A stretch of DNA of 64,000 nucleotides from the human T2T-CHM13v2.0 reference genome, Homo sapiens: assembly GCF_009914755.1 (NCBI RefSeq), contig NC_060928.1, one strand, 5' to 3'. The notes beneath the pieces are model-generated. The model ran no database searches and was not told the DNA's origin. It saw only the letters and a program-made list of their open reading frames with translations. Shown piece by piece: positions 45,359 through 63,888 of this stretch. Position numbers and translations under genes: made by a program. How positions within the stretch are numbered: position 1 is the stretch's first letter; every line of letters begins with the position of its first letter.

Positions 45359-45724
45359 TGCTATGGATGGAAAGTTTTGTCCCCTCCAACCCCGCACAAA
45401 TTCATATTGACACCTTAGCTCCCGGTATCCCAAAGGTGGGGCCTTTGGGTGGTGATTAAGTCATGTGGATGGAGCCCCCATAAATGGGATATGTGCCCTT
45501 ATAAGTAGAGTATGAGAGCGCTCCCTGGCCCCTTCTGCCATATGAGGACACAGCAAGAAGACACTCATCTGTGAACAGGATACAGTCCCACACAAGACAG
45601 CAAATCTGTTGCCACCTTGATCTTGGACTTCCCAGCCTTCAGAACTGTGAGAAATAAATTTTTTCTTTTTATAAGCCACCCAGTGTATGGTGTGCTGTTA
45701 TAGCCACCCTATCAGACTAAGAGA
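45359..45724 (+). mobile_element. MLT1A-like solo LTR
   Basis: tgctatgg...agactaagaga with perfect TSD ggatg/ggatg. Confidence 0.9.
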
Positions 45725-46174
45725 GGATGCCATAGCATTTCTGTACTCCCTCGGTCTAGGATATAGTCATGGCTGAAGCTGCGTGCTGACCCTTGACTCT
45801 TTTCATTTTGGAGGCTCTGTCTCCAGAATTATAAGACATGTCTCAGTTTGACCATGGGGACAGCGGGTAAGCTCTGAGGCTTCCTCAGGCATGCTACTGT
45901 TATCTCTTCCAATTTTCTAGTGGACTTTCTGGAATACCTGGAGGCTGTACTTACAAACGGAACAGTGTCTTTACTGAATATCCTTCTAGGTACCAGAGAG
46001 GAACTTGTGTGTGTATCTTTGTGCCTAAAAAGTGATAGGTACTGAAAAATTGTTCATTGAGTAAATGAATGAAGTAAATTCGAAATGAATGAATTGCCGA
46101 ATAATTAGAATAATATATAACAACTTATTGAATTAAGCCCCTGCTTGATTCAAGCAGAAAACTGGAAAAGGGGA

Positions 46175-46310
46175 TTTTTAAAATAGACAAATAAAAGTTG
46201 GATATATTTAAGGTGTACAGCATGATGCTTTGATATATGTACAGCATTGTAGAATGGCTAAATCAAGCGAATTAGAATGCATTACCTTACATACTTATCT
46301 CTTTTTTGTG
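46175..46310 (-). mobile_element. L1MA-type 3' end fragment just upstream of the GBA3 acceptor
   Basis: atatttaaggtgtacagcatgatg...gaatggctaaatcaag. Confidence 0.75.
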
Positions 46311-46461
46311 GAAAAGGGGGATAGAGAACAGGTTTTGTCTTCTCCCACTGTGATCTCCTGCAGAGAAGGAGAAAGAGACCCAGACTGCTCATCAGTGATT
46401 TTGTCTGTGTTCTCATCAGGCCTTCCCAGAAATGATAATTTTCTTTTTTTTTAAATTTCAG

Positions 46462-46664
46462 CTATCCAACTTGATAAAGTCAATCTTCAAGTATATTGTG
46501 CATGGTCTCTTCTGGATAACTTTGAGTGGAACCAGGGATACAGCAGCCGGTTTGGTCTCTTCCACGTTGATTTTGAAGACCCAGCTAGACCCCGAGTCCC
46601 TTACACATCGGCCAAGGAATATGCCAAGATCATCCGAAACAATGGCCTTGAAGCACATCTGTAG
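46462..46664 (+). CDS. GBA3: Final coding exon of cytosolic beta-glucosidase GBA3 (GH1 family), residues ~403-469
   Basis: A T-rich tract and tttcAG acceptor (46459-46461) precede a phase-1 frame reading (A)[66 protein letters not shown], ending at TAG 46662-46664. It contains the GH1 C-terminal motifs WSLLDNFEW and RFGL and matches the C-terminus of human GBA3 as I recall it. Confidence 0.96.
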
Positions 46665-47312
46665 GCAAGATGGCTGAGAAATACAGGAGAGGCGTCTGCT
46701 TTTGGAAAGGAAATCTGCTTTGGTGATGATCTTTCAGGCAATCTCAACTTACTTCTTTAATCAACATTTAATATCAATGGATCTGTGATTAAAAGGTCTG
46801 AATATGTAATGCCTCGTGAAGTATTTAATAATGGCCTTTATTTGTATTTGGATCAATGAGGTTTTTAAAAAAAATGGAAGAGAAAACCACTAACCTTGAT
46901 TTTTGTATTGCAAAATCAGATAGACCTGGAAACATAAATTTAAATCCTTAGACATTTTTCTAGAAAAAAATGCAAAGTTTATAAAGATGATACAACCATG
47001 ATTTGCAACTGTAACAGGAGACCATTTATTATAAGCGTACCTGTTTGTGAACTTAATTATTCTGATTCCATAAGCTGTTTTTGCTTAGGTGATCCACTGC
47101 CATGTGATCCATAATTTTTCTACATAAAAAATCAAAGTTAAAAGTCACATTATACAGTTATGCATTCATTTCAACAAAATAGTGAATTGATAATCTACTT
47201 GTTAATATATTCGGCCCATATTTTGTGTGTTTGGACAAGTACATCTCCCTTTTGCCTAATGAACTTTTGAAAAATAATAAAATAATAGAATAAATTAGAC
47301 TTTGAATGGCAG
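46665..47312 (+). other. GBA3: GBA3 3' UTR (end approximate)
   Basis: Non-repetitive AT-rich sequence after the stop codon with several ATTTA pentamers, ending after tandem AATAAA signals. Confidence 0.75.
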
Positions 47313-47340
47313 AAAAAGTATTTGAGTGTTGATGTTCAGT
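47276..47340 (+). terminator. Polyadenylation signals plus GU-rich downstream element
   Basis: AATAAA at 47276-47281 and 47289-47294, a CA at ~47310, then GT-rich gtatttgagtgttgatgttcagt at ~47318-47340. Confidence 0.75.
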
Positions 47341-50129
47341 AAAAAACAGATTCCTAATTTGGCAGAGTGGTGCCAAATTAAAAGCTAAGTGATAAGCAGG
47401 GCATAATTTCCACTTTTGAATGTTTCTTTAAAGTTTAGAACCTTAAGAACCTCATGAAAAAAATACATGAAGTGAATGACCAACCTCAGTGTAAGCAAAG
47501 GTGGGGTGGGGATTTATTACCCCGGTAGTTGAAATGTCTGAGATTGGTATGGGGTTGACTGGAATTGGACATTTTACTGAACTTCCTAAGGTAGGGGTCA
47601 GGAGTAGAGGCAGGGCTCCTTCTGGCCTCCATGTCTCCCCTCCAGCAAACCCTTCACGTATGTGGAGTTTGGTCTTTCACATCCATATTTCAGTAGACTT
47701 CAGTAAGCACCTAGTTACCCATTAGACTTGAAGCTAAGAGGTTTAACTATGATCATCCCCATTTTGCAGACTGAGAAACTGAGGCCATACTGTTGTGCAT
47801 CTTTCTCAAGCCATTTGGGTTCTGATTAACTGGACTTGGCACTTCCCTTGGCATCAGCCCTATTCTCACATGATGGCAAACTGTAGTTTGAGGTACCATG
47901 GAAGTCTTCTCTGCATTTTCTGAAGACAGGAACAAAGAAATAGAGGTGTGGAGTTGCCTTATGCAGGAGGAAGGGAAAATGGTTTTTTGCATGCAGCCCC
48001 TGCTTCCCTGAGGAAACTGCACATGCTTTTGGCATTCTTGTAAGGCTTTTGGCCCTGAGCAGATGCTCTGTCATTTTTTTTCTTTTATAAACTGTGGTCA
48101 ATTTCTGGATCGTTTTCATGTTCATAATCAGGGAATTATTTACAGCAAAGAAACACACTCTCAGTAACTTTGGACAGAGTGAGAAAGAAATGGTTGTAGT
48201 AGTTCAATAAATGTGGATGCACTGGGGAAAATTATATTAAGATTAAAATGGTATACAGAGGAAATTCTATTACATCTTTGCCACTGGTTTGTTATTTTTA
48301 TTGTTCAGTGAGACATTATCTCACAATTTGTGTTCATTTAAGAAGCACATTTCCGAATCTTATTTCATTCCTTTCCTATCCAGCCTGTCTTTTTCATTTT
48401 TACCATGTATCTTATTTACAATTTATGTGCCCTTTTGTATTATCTTGCAAGACAACTGAGTTTTCCTTTTAATTAGGATGTTGCTTCGAATATTACTTAT
48501 CCTACAGGGCATATTTACAAGTTTTACAACAATACAAATGAGCACTGTATTTTTGTTACCAAAACCAAAAAAATTAGTATTCACACTGTAAATAAGACGA
48601 TCTGTCATGTTTGGTCTACCAGGTGAAATAAAGATTCTAGCTGCTGGCGCCCAAGCTTACTTACAGTGCTGTGGCCTTCTGCAGTTCTTTGCTGGATTTT
48701 AAAGCCCAGCTCTTTATCCTAGAGATGGATCATACAAAGGGTGCTTCCCTAATTGGTCATGTAAATTAGTATTGCCACAAGGTTAAGATGAAGGAAAAAA
48801 AAATAACTCACCATCTAAAAACCTAACAGCCCTGCAGTATTTCAATTAATGTTATTTTTAATTACTTACATTAGCATTTGAGAACAAGACTGATTGGCTT
48901 TTGCCTGTTAAGGAAACAGAATGAAAATTCTTTAAATAGAAAAACAAGTTGTTAATTATACTTAAAAATCCACAGATACTGTACTTAGATGTCTTGAAGG
49001 TCATCTGAGACTTGTAAAGCACATGTTTTATGTCTGTTTTATCTAAGGAGAAACCTAGGTATCACAATGATGAATTGGATCTATTTGTATTTCCTTCTCT
49101 GTTATTTTCCTCCTTTCTTTTTTAGAAGAGTATGAACACATGTTATTTACATTCTATGAATCACTTTTAAGAAATTTTTTTGACAGTTTTTATTTTAGGG
49201 CAAGTCATTTCTGAATTTCTAAAAACATATATAAAATAACAGTAGGCCAGTTTCATTTTAGATGTGTAGGGTTTTAGTTTTGCAACTCCTGGTTATATCA
49301 GGAATTATACTAGGAACACCAGGAGGAATTGTCTACCTAAGCCCTTTATCGAATGAGAAGGTAGAAGTTCTCATTAAGAAACCCATAAACTCAGAAGCTG
49401 GCAACCTTGGTATTTGGCAGTGGGATGCCAGTCAGGTTTTCGTGTTCTGGGAATTTGTGTTTGGCCTGTAGCTTTTAATTATTTTTATGAACTAGGGAAT
49501 AATGAATACATTTGTAATATATTGAAAAAAACCCTCCAACACTGGCTGACCAAAAAATAGATTTATATGATAATTCTTAAACACCAATTCTATTACTCAA
49601 TGCTAGGCAGAATGAAAATAGAATACTGAACCTTATTACTGAGAGAGCAGAGTATAATCAAAGCTGGTAGAATTAATACTGTTTAATTATTAGCAATATG
49701 CCTCACCCGGAGAACACATATTCATCACTAATCAGAATATTTTAGGCTCTTGTCTGAGGGGAGGGACATGGTAGAGAGTACAAAGCATGATGAGCCCTAA
49801 AGAATGAAATTAGGAAAAATGTGACATAGAGACATTTGATGATGGTCTTTCATAATATGGGTTATGGTGATGTGAAAGGAGAATAAACCTTATTAACTGT
49901 GGCAGTAGGTAAGATGGGGAGGTGGGGGTTGAAGTGCCAAGGTAGGGCCGGCCATAGGAAAGAACAACCCCCAACTATGTGAGTTGCTGAGAGTGTCTCG
50001 AAGAGAGTAGTAGACAAGGCCTGTGATCCCAGGCTTTCCCAGTGTCTGAATGTGATACCTGAGCAATGACTGACCTAGATGACCTTGCCGGAGTGGCTAT
50101 TTGTATCTGGTATCAGGCAAATGTAATGC

Positions 50130-50365
50130 ATCATTAAGAATGTGGGTTCCTGAGCCAACTCACCTGGATTCAAATCCTGGCTCCGATGTTTATTATCCAA
50201 GTGACATTAAGTAACTTACTCAAGTTTCCCATGCTTCAGTTTCCCTATCTGTAAAATGGAGATAAACTTCCTTATAAGACTGTTGTGAGAGTTAGTTAAG
50301 CTGATATATATAACATGTTTATATCCTGAAGCATGGTAAAGGCACAGTTAGTGTCGAGCTATTAT
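50130..50365 (+). mobile_element. MIR
   Basis: cctggattcaaatcctggctcc and cttcagtttccctatctgtaaaatggagataa. Confidence 0.8.
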
Positions 50366-50367
50366 TT

Positions 50368-50705
50368 TAAACTCTCAAACTTGTCCACACTGAGCCCCCA
50401 GCAATTCATCAATTATAGTTTGGCTTTTCCTGTTATGGGACCATCTCTGCTTCCCACAGAAGTATCTGTTTATGAGTCTCTGTCCTGGTAAGTTGGGATT
50501 CATGTTTTGCCTGTCCGTGTCTAATTCTGGTGTCAGTGGTTTTTCCTATGACCTTAATTCTCTGATGACTCTAAAAATATATGTTAATTTTCTGTTTGGC
50601 TGTTTTGCTTGTGTTAGGATGGGAGTGACAAGTTCTGAGCTCCTTAAATGATGGGAGTGACAACTTCCAAGCTCCTTAAGTGCTGGACTGGACACCCAGA
50701 GATCA
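50368..50705 (-). mobile_element. Old L1M 5' UTR fragment
   Basis: ctctcaaacttgtccacactgagcccccagcaattcatcaatt and gagtgacaacttccaagctcctta. Confidence 0.65.
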
Positions 50706-50911
50706 CATTATTTATATCATTAGAGTTGAAGGTGTCCGGCTGCTCAATCAGTACGTATTGATTAAACTAAACTGTGCAATACTTTATAGAGATGCAATAC
50801 TGCAGACAAGACAGTTCTCCAAAGAAGTTCATGAACTGGTTGGGGAACTAGGATAGAGACTAAAATGATAGCAAACAATGCTGGGTGAATTTTTAGAGAA
50901 TCAGAGTTGTA

Positions 50912-52110
50912 CAGCTATGTGTCACGTAACAACGTTTAGGTCAATGACAAACCACATACACGATGCTGGTCCCATAAAATTATAATAGAGCTGAAAAATC
51001 TCTATCACCTTGTGACATCGTAGCCATCATGAAATCTTAGCATAATGCGTTGTGCTAAGATGTGTTTGTGGTGATGCTGGTGTAAACAAACCTACTGTGG
51101 TACCAGTTGCATAAAAGTCTAGGATATATGAGTGTGTGTGATACACAGTATTTGATAATGATCATAGATTGATGCTGTTTTATGTGTTTACTATACTTTT
51201 AATCATTCTTTTAAAGTGTTCTCATTCTACTAATGAAAAAAAGTTAACTGTATAATAGCCTCAGGCGGATTCTGCAGGAGGTCTTCCAGAAGAAGGGGTT
51301 GTTATCATAGGAGAAGACAGCTCCATGCCTGTTAGGGCCCCTGAAAACCTTCCAGTGGGACAAGGTGTGGAGGTAGAAGACTGATATTGATGATCCTGAC
51401 CCTGTGTAGACCTAGGACAATGAGTGTGTTTATGTCATAATTTTTAACAAAAAAGTTTAAAAAGTAAAGTAAAATAAAAATAGAAAAAAGCTTAAAGAAA
51501 AAGGATATAAAAATATTTTTGCACATCTGTAAAATGTGTTTGTGTTTTAAGCTATGTTATTACAAAAGAGTCAAAAATTAAGGAAATTAAAAGTTTATAA
51601 AGTAAGAACATTATTTTAAGCTAAGATTAATTTATTATTGAAGAAAGAAAATTTCTTTTTATAAATTTAGTATAACCTAAGTATACAGTGTTTGTAAAGT
51701 CTTCGTGTACAGTAACGTCCTAGGCCTTCACATTCACTCACTACTCACTCACTGGCTCACCCAGAGCAACTTCCAGTCTCAAAAGCTCTATTCATGGTAA
51801 GTGCCCTACCGTTTTTTACCTTTTAAAAAAACTTTTATACTGTATTTTTCCCATATCTTTTCAGTGCTTAGATATGTTTAGCTACACAAAACTTGGTCTT
51901 GTGCTACAATTGCCTACAGTGTTCAGTACAGTCACATGCTGTACGGGTTTGTAGTCTAGGAGCAATTGGCTCCCCCACATAGCCTAGGTGTGTAGTAGGC
52001 TACACCACCTAAATCTGCGTAAGTGCACTCTACGATGTTTGCACAATGATGACATTGCCTAACAATGCGTTTCGCAGAACGTATCCCTGTCATTAAGGGA
52101 TGCATGACTA
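50912..52110. mobile_element. Tigger3b-like DNA transposon (~1.2 kb, non-autonomous)
   Basis: Degenerate terminal inverted repeats ta|cagctatgtgtcacgtaac ... cattaagggatgcatgacta, with Tigger3 internal sequence. Confidence 0.88.
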
Positions 52111-52539
52111 TGTATAAGCAGAGGAGAGTGAGGTGGGTGGGGATGGCTTTCATGTGCAAGGGAAAATAATACAATTAAAAAATAACCTGAGTGATAATAC
52201 AAATAATATAGGTAAAAATATGGAAGTAGAAAGCATAAAGCCTGTGGGCTGTTGGGGGCAGTGCTCAGGCCAGCTCACCTCAGGGAAGAGAGCAGGCAGG
52301 CTGGGACTTGAATGTGGAGAGTCTCTAATGTTCTCCAAAGAACCTTCGGTTTTTCTCTCAGAGTAAGGTTGAAGGTTTCTGAGCAGGATGGTGATGATTT
52401 ATAGGTAGCACTTTGAGGAATAGTAAAGGAAGTGGGATATAGGAACCAGACTGAAAGCTTATAGTAGAGTATACTTGATGTGTTAAGAGTCCTATGTGGA
52501 GTGGGAAGTACATACATGGAAAGTTAATTTATAATTGTA

Positions 52540-52815
52540 ATTAATGTATCTAAAGTACATGGGAACTGAAATGCAAGATGATTTTTTGTATTATATCCTG
52601 GAACAGAAGAAAGAACATTAGTGGAAAAACTGGGAAATCCAAATAAAGCCTGCAGTTTGATTAATGCTGCTTTATCAGTGTTAACTCGTTAGTTTTGATA
52701 AATATACGACAGTTACCATTAGGGAATGCTTGGTGCAGAATATATAGAAGTCTGTGTACTCTCTTGAAACTCTTCTGTAAGTACAAAATTATTTCAAAAT
52801 GAAAAATTAAAAATG
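52540..52815 (+). mobile_element. L1MC/MD-type 3' fragment
   Basis: atcctggaacagaag...cattagtggaaaaactgg and aaaattatttcaaaatgaaaa. Confidence 0.75.
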
Positions 52816-52872
52816 TATATGGAAGAGTTAATATATTTATGTAATACATTAGATATAGGATATATATTATAA

Positions 52873-52886
52873 CCTCTCTCTCTCTC

Positions 52887-52928
<42 letters not shown>
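52873..52928. repeat. Compound (CT)n(CA)n microsatellite
   Basis: Directly visible. Confidence 0.95.
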
Positions 52929-52930
<2 letters not shown>

Positions 52931-53254
52931 GAGAACAGATGGAAAGAAATAACCACTATGAATATCTAAATTTTTTCTAGGTTGTGGTGTTATAGCTAAT
53001 TTTTCTCTCTTCCTTATAATTTATTCCAATGTTTTCCATACTTAGCTTCTGTTTTCTTTTATTATTAGAAAAATGCATTTAAAGATAAAGACACATTTCA
53101 GCAGTCAAGATAATTGATTGGATATTTGGATAATGGAAATGGGTAGGTCAGTAATGGCTCTGAATACGAACAATGGTCCAATTGATAGACATTGGCCAAT
53201 ATATACAATACTCCATCTAGGTGTGCATTTAAGACAACAGATATTTTTTCCATT

Positions 53255-54950
53255 TTAATAATTTTTAAAATGATATGTAATAATTGTAATTTTTTAGTGC
53301 ATGTGATATTTTGATACCCATATACAATGTGCAATGACCAAATTCAGGCCACTGGGGTATCCATTACGTCAAACATTTATCTTCTCTTTGTAACATATTT
53401 TTAAAGTACTTGTTAAAGTTTCGAGATACTTAAAAATTAACTGCTCCCTCTGGTCTGTAATCACTAATTTATATCTCTGTCACACATAATTTTTTTAACC
53501 AACATCTCCCCAACCCCTTTCCACTCCCACCCCTAGTCCCTGGTAACCACCATTTTACTCTCTACTTCTATGAGACCCACTTGTCTAGATTCAACATATA
53601 AGTGAGATCACTTGGTATTTGTGTTTCTGTGCCCGAAATATTTCACTTAACATAATGTTTTCCAGGCTTATTCATGTTGTCCCAAATGACATAATTTTGT
53701 TCTTTTTAAAGGCTGAATAGTATTCCATTGTGTAGATTTGTATGTATATACATATATTAGTTTACATATCATCCATCCATATATATATATCTATATATAT
53801 ATAGATATATATCCATATCCATACATACATATGTGTCTGTGTCTCCCACATTTTCTTTATCTGTTCATCTGTTGATAGACACTTAGGTTGATTCCATATC
53901 TTGACTATTGTGAATAATGCTATAAGGAACATGAGAGTGCATATTTTCCTTTGAGCTTCTGATTTCATTTCCTTTGGATATATGTCCAGTAGTGGGATTG
54001 CTGGATCATATAGCAGTTCTATTTTTAATTTTTTTAGTGTACTTTCAGTTCTGGGGTACATGTGCAGAACATGCAGGTTTGTTACATAGGTATACACGTG
54101 CCATGGTGGTTTGCTGCACCCGTCAATCCATCATCTACATTAGGTATTTCTCCTAATGCTATCCCTCCCCTAGACCCCCACCCACTGACAGGCCCCGGTG
54201 TGTGATGTTCCCCTCCCTGTGTCCATGTGTTCTCATTGTTCAACTCCCACTTATGAGTGAGAACATGTGGTGTTTGGTTTTCTGTTCTTGTGTTAGTTTG
54301 CTGAGAATGATGGTTTCCAGCATCATCCATGTTCCTGCAAAGGACATGAACTCATCCTTTCTTATGGCTGCATAGTATTCCATGGTGTATATGTGCCACA
54401 CTTTCTTCATCCAGTCTATCATTGATAGGCATTTGGGTTGGTTTCAAGTCTTTGCTATTGTGAACAGTGCCACAATAAACATACATGTGCATGTGTCTTT
54501 GTAGTAGAATGATTTATAATCCTTTGGGTATATACCCAGTAATGAGATTGCTGGGTCAAATGGTATTTTTAGTTCCAGATCCTTGAGGAATCACCACACT
54601 GTCTTCCACAATGGTTGAACTAATTTACACTTTCACCAACAGTGTAAAAGCATTCCTATTTCTCCACATCTTCTCCAGCATCTGTTGCTTCCTGACTTTT
54701 TAATGATCGCCGTTCTAAATAGCATGATATGGTATCTCATTGTGGTTTTGATTTGCATTTCTCTGATAACCAGTGATAATGAGCTTTTTTTTCATATGTT
54801 TGTTATTTTTGAGAAACCCCCAAGCCATTTTCCAGAATAGCTAGACTAACTTACCTTCCCAACAATGGTGTGCAACGGTTTCCTTCCCTTCACATCCTCA
54901 CCAGCGCTTATGTTTTGTCTTTTTGATAATAACCATTCTCACAGATGTAA
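53255..54950 (-). mobile_element. L1MA-type 3' end split by a younger L1PA
   Basis: Old L1 reads to gttctatttttaattttt (~54035) and resumes as tttttgagaaacccc (~54805). Confidence 0.85.
54036..54804 (-). mobile_element. L1PA7-like 3' fragment
   Basis: ORF2 C-terminus IDWMKKVWHIYTMEYYAAIRK...SLISGS plus L1PA 3' UTR. Confidence 0.92.
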
Positions 54951-55149
54951 TATGTTACACACATACTGTTTTCAATGTTTTGGTGGTTTTGAGATACTTT
55001 GTCCTTCCAAATGGTGAACAACTTGAAGTCGTATTCACATTTATATTTCCAGTATCTATCACAATATTTGGCATATCTAAGTAATTTATAAATGCATATT
55101 AAGTCATTGATGGAATAGATATTAAGTAGTCAAGTTCTTATTTGCAATG

Positions 55150-55985
55150 AAAACTTAAGACGTGGATTGACTCACTTAATCCTCACAAAAACTTTGTAAC
55201 AAATTCTACGATTATTTTCCCGATTTTATAGATGAGTAAATTGAGGCAGAGCAGAGATCAGTAACTTGTGTAAACCATGGAGTTGGGAAGTGGTGAAGCC
55301 AATATTGAGACCCATACACTCTGACTGTAGACATTAATATGCTGCTTTGTATTCTTTCCCCACAAGGTTGTAGCAGAACCAGGCCTGGTAACAGGGCTTG
55401 ACTCCTGGTTATTTTCAATGGGCTGCCCTGACACAGCCACACCACAATCTTTCGTCATAAGATGGTCTATGTCTCTAAAACTTCAGCCAATTTTCCATAC
55501 CTCACAGCTAGTCATTTCACAGAGTAGTAGAGGTATAGTTTCTTTTTATCTAAGATTATGATTGTCCATGTCAAAAATTATTTTATTCGTTTCTACATTC
55601 ACCCGGGCCATTTTGTTTTTGAATCCTGGCTTCTAATAAGCTTATTACTCTTCCCAGCAATGACATTGACCAAACTAGAATTATTCCCATGATTAAAGTT
55701 TTGCATTTCCAGTCACCAGTTGAACAGATGTGATGGTTAAGCATGAGAATAGTGTCACATAGCTCAGTGTGTGATTATGGCTCCACATTTTATGGAACGT
55801 GTGACATGAAGCTACTTACTCATATCTTTGCTTTTTATTTTCACCATTTGTAAAGTGAAAGTTAAGCAAAAATACTTTATATAAAACTTCAGTGAGAATT
55901 AAATGAGATGATATATGTAAAATAACTTAGAACATTGTCCACTAAGTGCTCATTATAATGCTTATGGAGTGGTAGCTATTATTAT
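55150..55985. mobile_element. Two MIR fragments (minus ~55150-55340, plus ~55725-55985)
   Basis: ttttatagatgagtaaattgaggcagag and gtgagaattaaatgagatgatatatgtaa. Confidence 0.7.
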
Positions 55986-56518
55986 TATTTCCCATTAATT
56001 TTATTGTAAATACTCTAATATTATGGAAATAATTACAGACAATCAACTCTTGCTACATGCCCACCTTACTTTCTTATTCATTGCATTTATACCAGGGCAA
56101 TTGATTCCAATGAAGGGCATTCACTGGTAACTCCATGAAAGCGTCTTATTCTTCTTGCAGTGTGGGCTTATTCTTCCCTGGACTAGAGTTTCTCAATTCC
56201 ACTGCTACTTTCCCAGATCTGTTATGCCCAGAAGATGGAGGGCTGCCTTCCAGAAGAGTGGCCACCTCCCAAAGCTACTGCCTATCAAGTGATGATTTAA
56301 GAGGTGCCCTGAATGAAGTATAATTCTGTAGTGGGCTCCATGTGCCTTTTGTGGGTTCGAGTTCCATGTCGTGCAAAAGTGAAAACATTCAGCATTTGTA
56401 TAGCAATGAAGATGACTCTGGAGAAATCACACTGTGTTTTCCTTTTCCTGCAAATGTCTTTCTCTGTTTTTACCTCCCTGTAACTGCAATACACAGTTCT
56501 CGTTACCTAAATAAACTG

Positions 56519-56892
56519 AGATATGGTCTGGCTCTATGTCCCCACCCAAATCTAATCTTTAATTGTAATCTTAATTGTAATACCCATGTGTTGGGGGAGG
56601 GACCTTGTGGGAGGTGATTAGATCATTGGGGCAGTACCCCATACTGTCCTCTTGATAGTGAGTTTTTCATGAGATCTGATGGTTTTATAAGGGGTTTTTC
56701 CCCCTTCTCTTTGCACTTCTCTCTCCTGGTGCCACGTGAAGTAGGACGTGTTTGCTTCCCCTTCCACTATGATTGTAAGTTTCCTGAGGCCTCCCAGCCA
56801 TGCTGAACTGTGAGTCAATTAAACCTCTTTCCTTTATAAATGACCCAGTCTTGGGTATTTCTTCAGAGCAGTGTGGAGAATGGACTAATACA
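56519..56892 (+). mobile_element. THE1D/MSTA-like solo LTR
   Basis: gatatggtctggctctatgtccccacccaaatc...ggactaataca. Confidence 0.92.
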
Positions 56893-58429
56893 GACCGTGA
56901 ATGGATTTGTGTGCAAAAGGGAGCTAGTGAAAAGTTTGGCTGAGAATGAACATTTTTTTCCCCTCCGTGTTTCATTTTTTTACAATAGAATGCATCCCTG
57001 AAAACCTTCCAGATTCTCTACCTTCTGATCATACTGTCTATTATAATTCTGCCTGATGGCAAACTTCTCCTTATTGACTCTAAATTACATTTAATCTTGT
57101 TAGGATCACTTCTTATTGAAAGGCATGCGTTGTGATGGCATTGACGGGAATCCAGAAGCTGTGATGCCCAGCCAGAGGAAAATAAACTCTTGGAGCTTCC
57201 TACTGCTTGTCATTTTCATGCTGGGTCCAGCTGTGTAGCCTCTTGAAGGATGTAGAGGATTGGGGTGCTCAGTGCAGATAATAGTGGGCTCCCAGGTAGT
57301 GTGGAGAGCTCTCCGCCACAAGAAAATAATCTTTTGAGCCCAGTGGACTGAGAACGAAAGGCCATTTTGAGCTTAGACAGTATAATTCTATTAGTGAAAA
57401 GCCCTTGCAGAAGGAAATTGCCTGTGTTAAAATCTGTGCACAAATTAAAATAACAGGGCTAAGGGGGAAAATATCTCTATAAAAGGCTTTATGACTCCAG
57501 TGGATAATAATATCCTTGTCACATTAGGATCTGGGGACCTAGAGATATAAGAAGGTCTTTTTCATTGTTATTGTTGTTTTCACAGCATATGAGCCTTCTT
57601 TTCTCCACTTCAGCCTGTGGAATAAATTTATTCTTGGCTGCTTATTTTATGAATTTGGATGCTATGTCAAAGCATTGTATTGTTTCTTATCAAGAAAGTA
57701 GAAAATAAGGTCTGCATCATTGTCATTTATTGGCACCTGATAAGATTGATATCATCTAAAAGCTCCATTTTGGCTAAATGTATCAAATGTGTAAGTTCCC
57801 TGTAATTTGTGTGGGATTTTGTAGGCACAAGTTAATATAGCTGTTTTGATATAGCATGTACAAAGTATTTAAATACATATCTCAGTTTAGAATAGATTCA
57901 TTAGAAAGGGCAGAATAGGGAAAAAAAGCTGTCAGCACAACTGATGTTCATTTTCTAGGGTGACAGAATTCAGAAGTCCCAAGGACTGTAGCAGTTGGAT
58001 AGCTAATGCTGCATATCGCAGCCCTATCCACAAAGCAGGCCCTACTCATTCATTGGATGGCAGCTGCAAGTTTAAGACTTAGGCTACATTTTCCTAATTC
58101 CATGAAAAAGGCAACATGAGCAATGGGCTGTCATGTATTTGAAAATTATGCCATGTAAGTAAATAAAGACATAGTTCATAATTCCACGAAAGGTTGATGG
58201 CAACATTTATTCCAGAATTAGGCAATAATGAAACAGATGATTCTTTGAGGTCTAGCAATGAACCAGGGAGTTTAAGACCAACACATCTCTCTCCTAACCT
58301 ATAGCAAAATTAAGATAGTAACCAACTGGTTTATTTTCTTCTGCCTTTCCTCGCTCCCTCCTTCTTTCCTTTTATCTCTCCTGTCGTTTTCTTCTCTCAC
58401 CCTTCTCCATTACTTTATCTTTTTTCCTC

Positions 58430-58595
58430 ATTCTGTTTCTCTCCATCCACTCACTCACCCACTCACTTATTCTTTAATTAGACATTTATTTAAGAACCCA
58501 TCTTGATTCAGGCATTGTCCTGGCACTGAGAATACATTGTGGCTAAGACTGAAATAGTTTTGGTCCTCATGAAACTTACAATTTAAGTGAAAATA
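58430..58595 (-). mobile_element. L2 3' end
   Basis: cactcact-type tail, catttattaag, tcctcatgaaacttacaatttaag. Confidence 0.65.
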
Positions 58596-58699
58596 TTGCT
58601 GGATTGTCCATTAGGAAGACCAAGCCTGTGCTTATGGTAATAGCAAAAAAGGAGCGATCCTTCTCTCATCTGTTAAAAATTAAGTTTGAAGATGTTAGC

Positions 58700-63886
<5,187 letters not shown>

Positions 63887-63888
63887 GA

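Noticed and set aside
46432-46677. ORF-track 81-aa ORF as a stand-alone gene
   Set aside because: Its ATG is intronic, just before the polypyrimidine tract; the real coding frame is the GH1 frame of GBA3.
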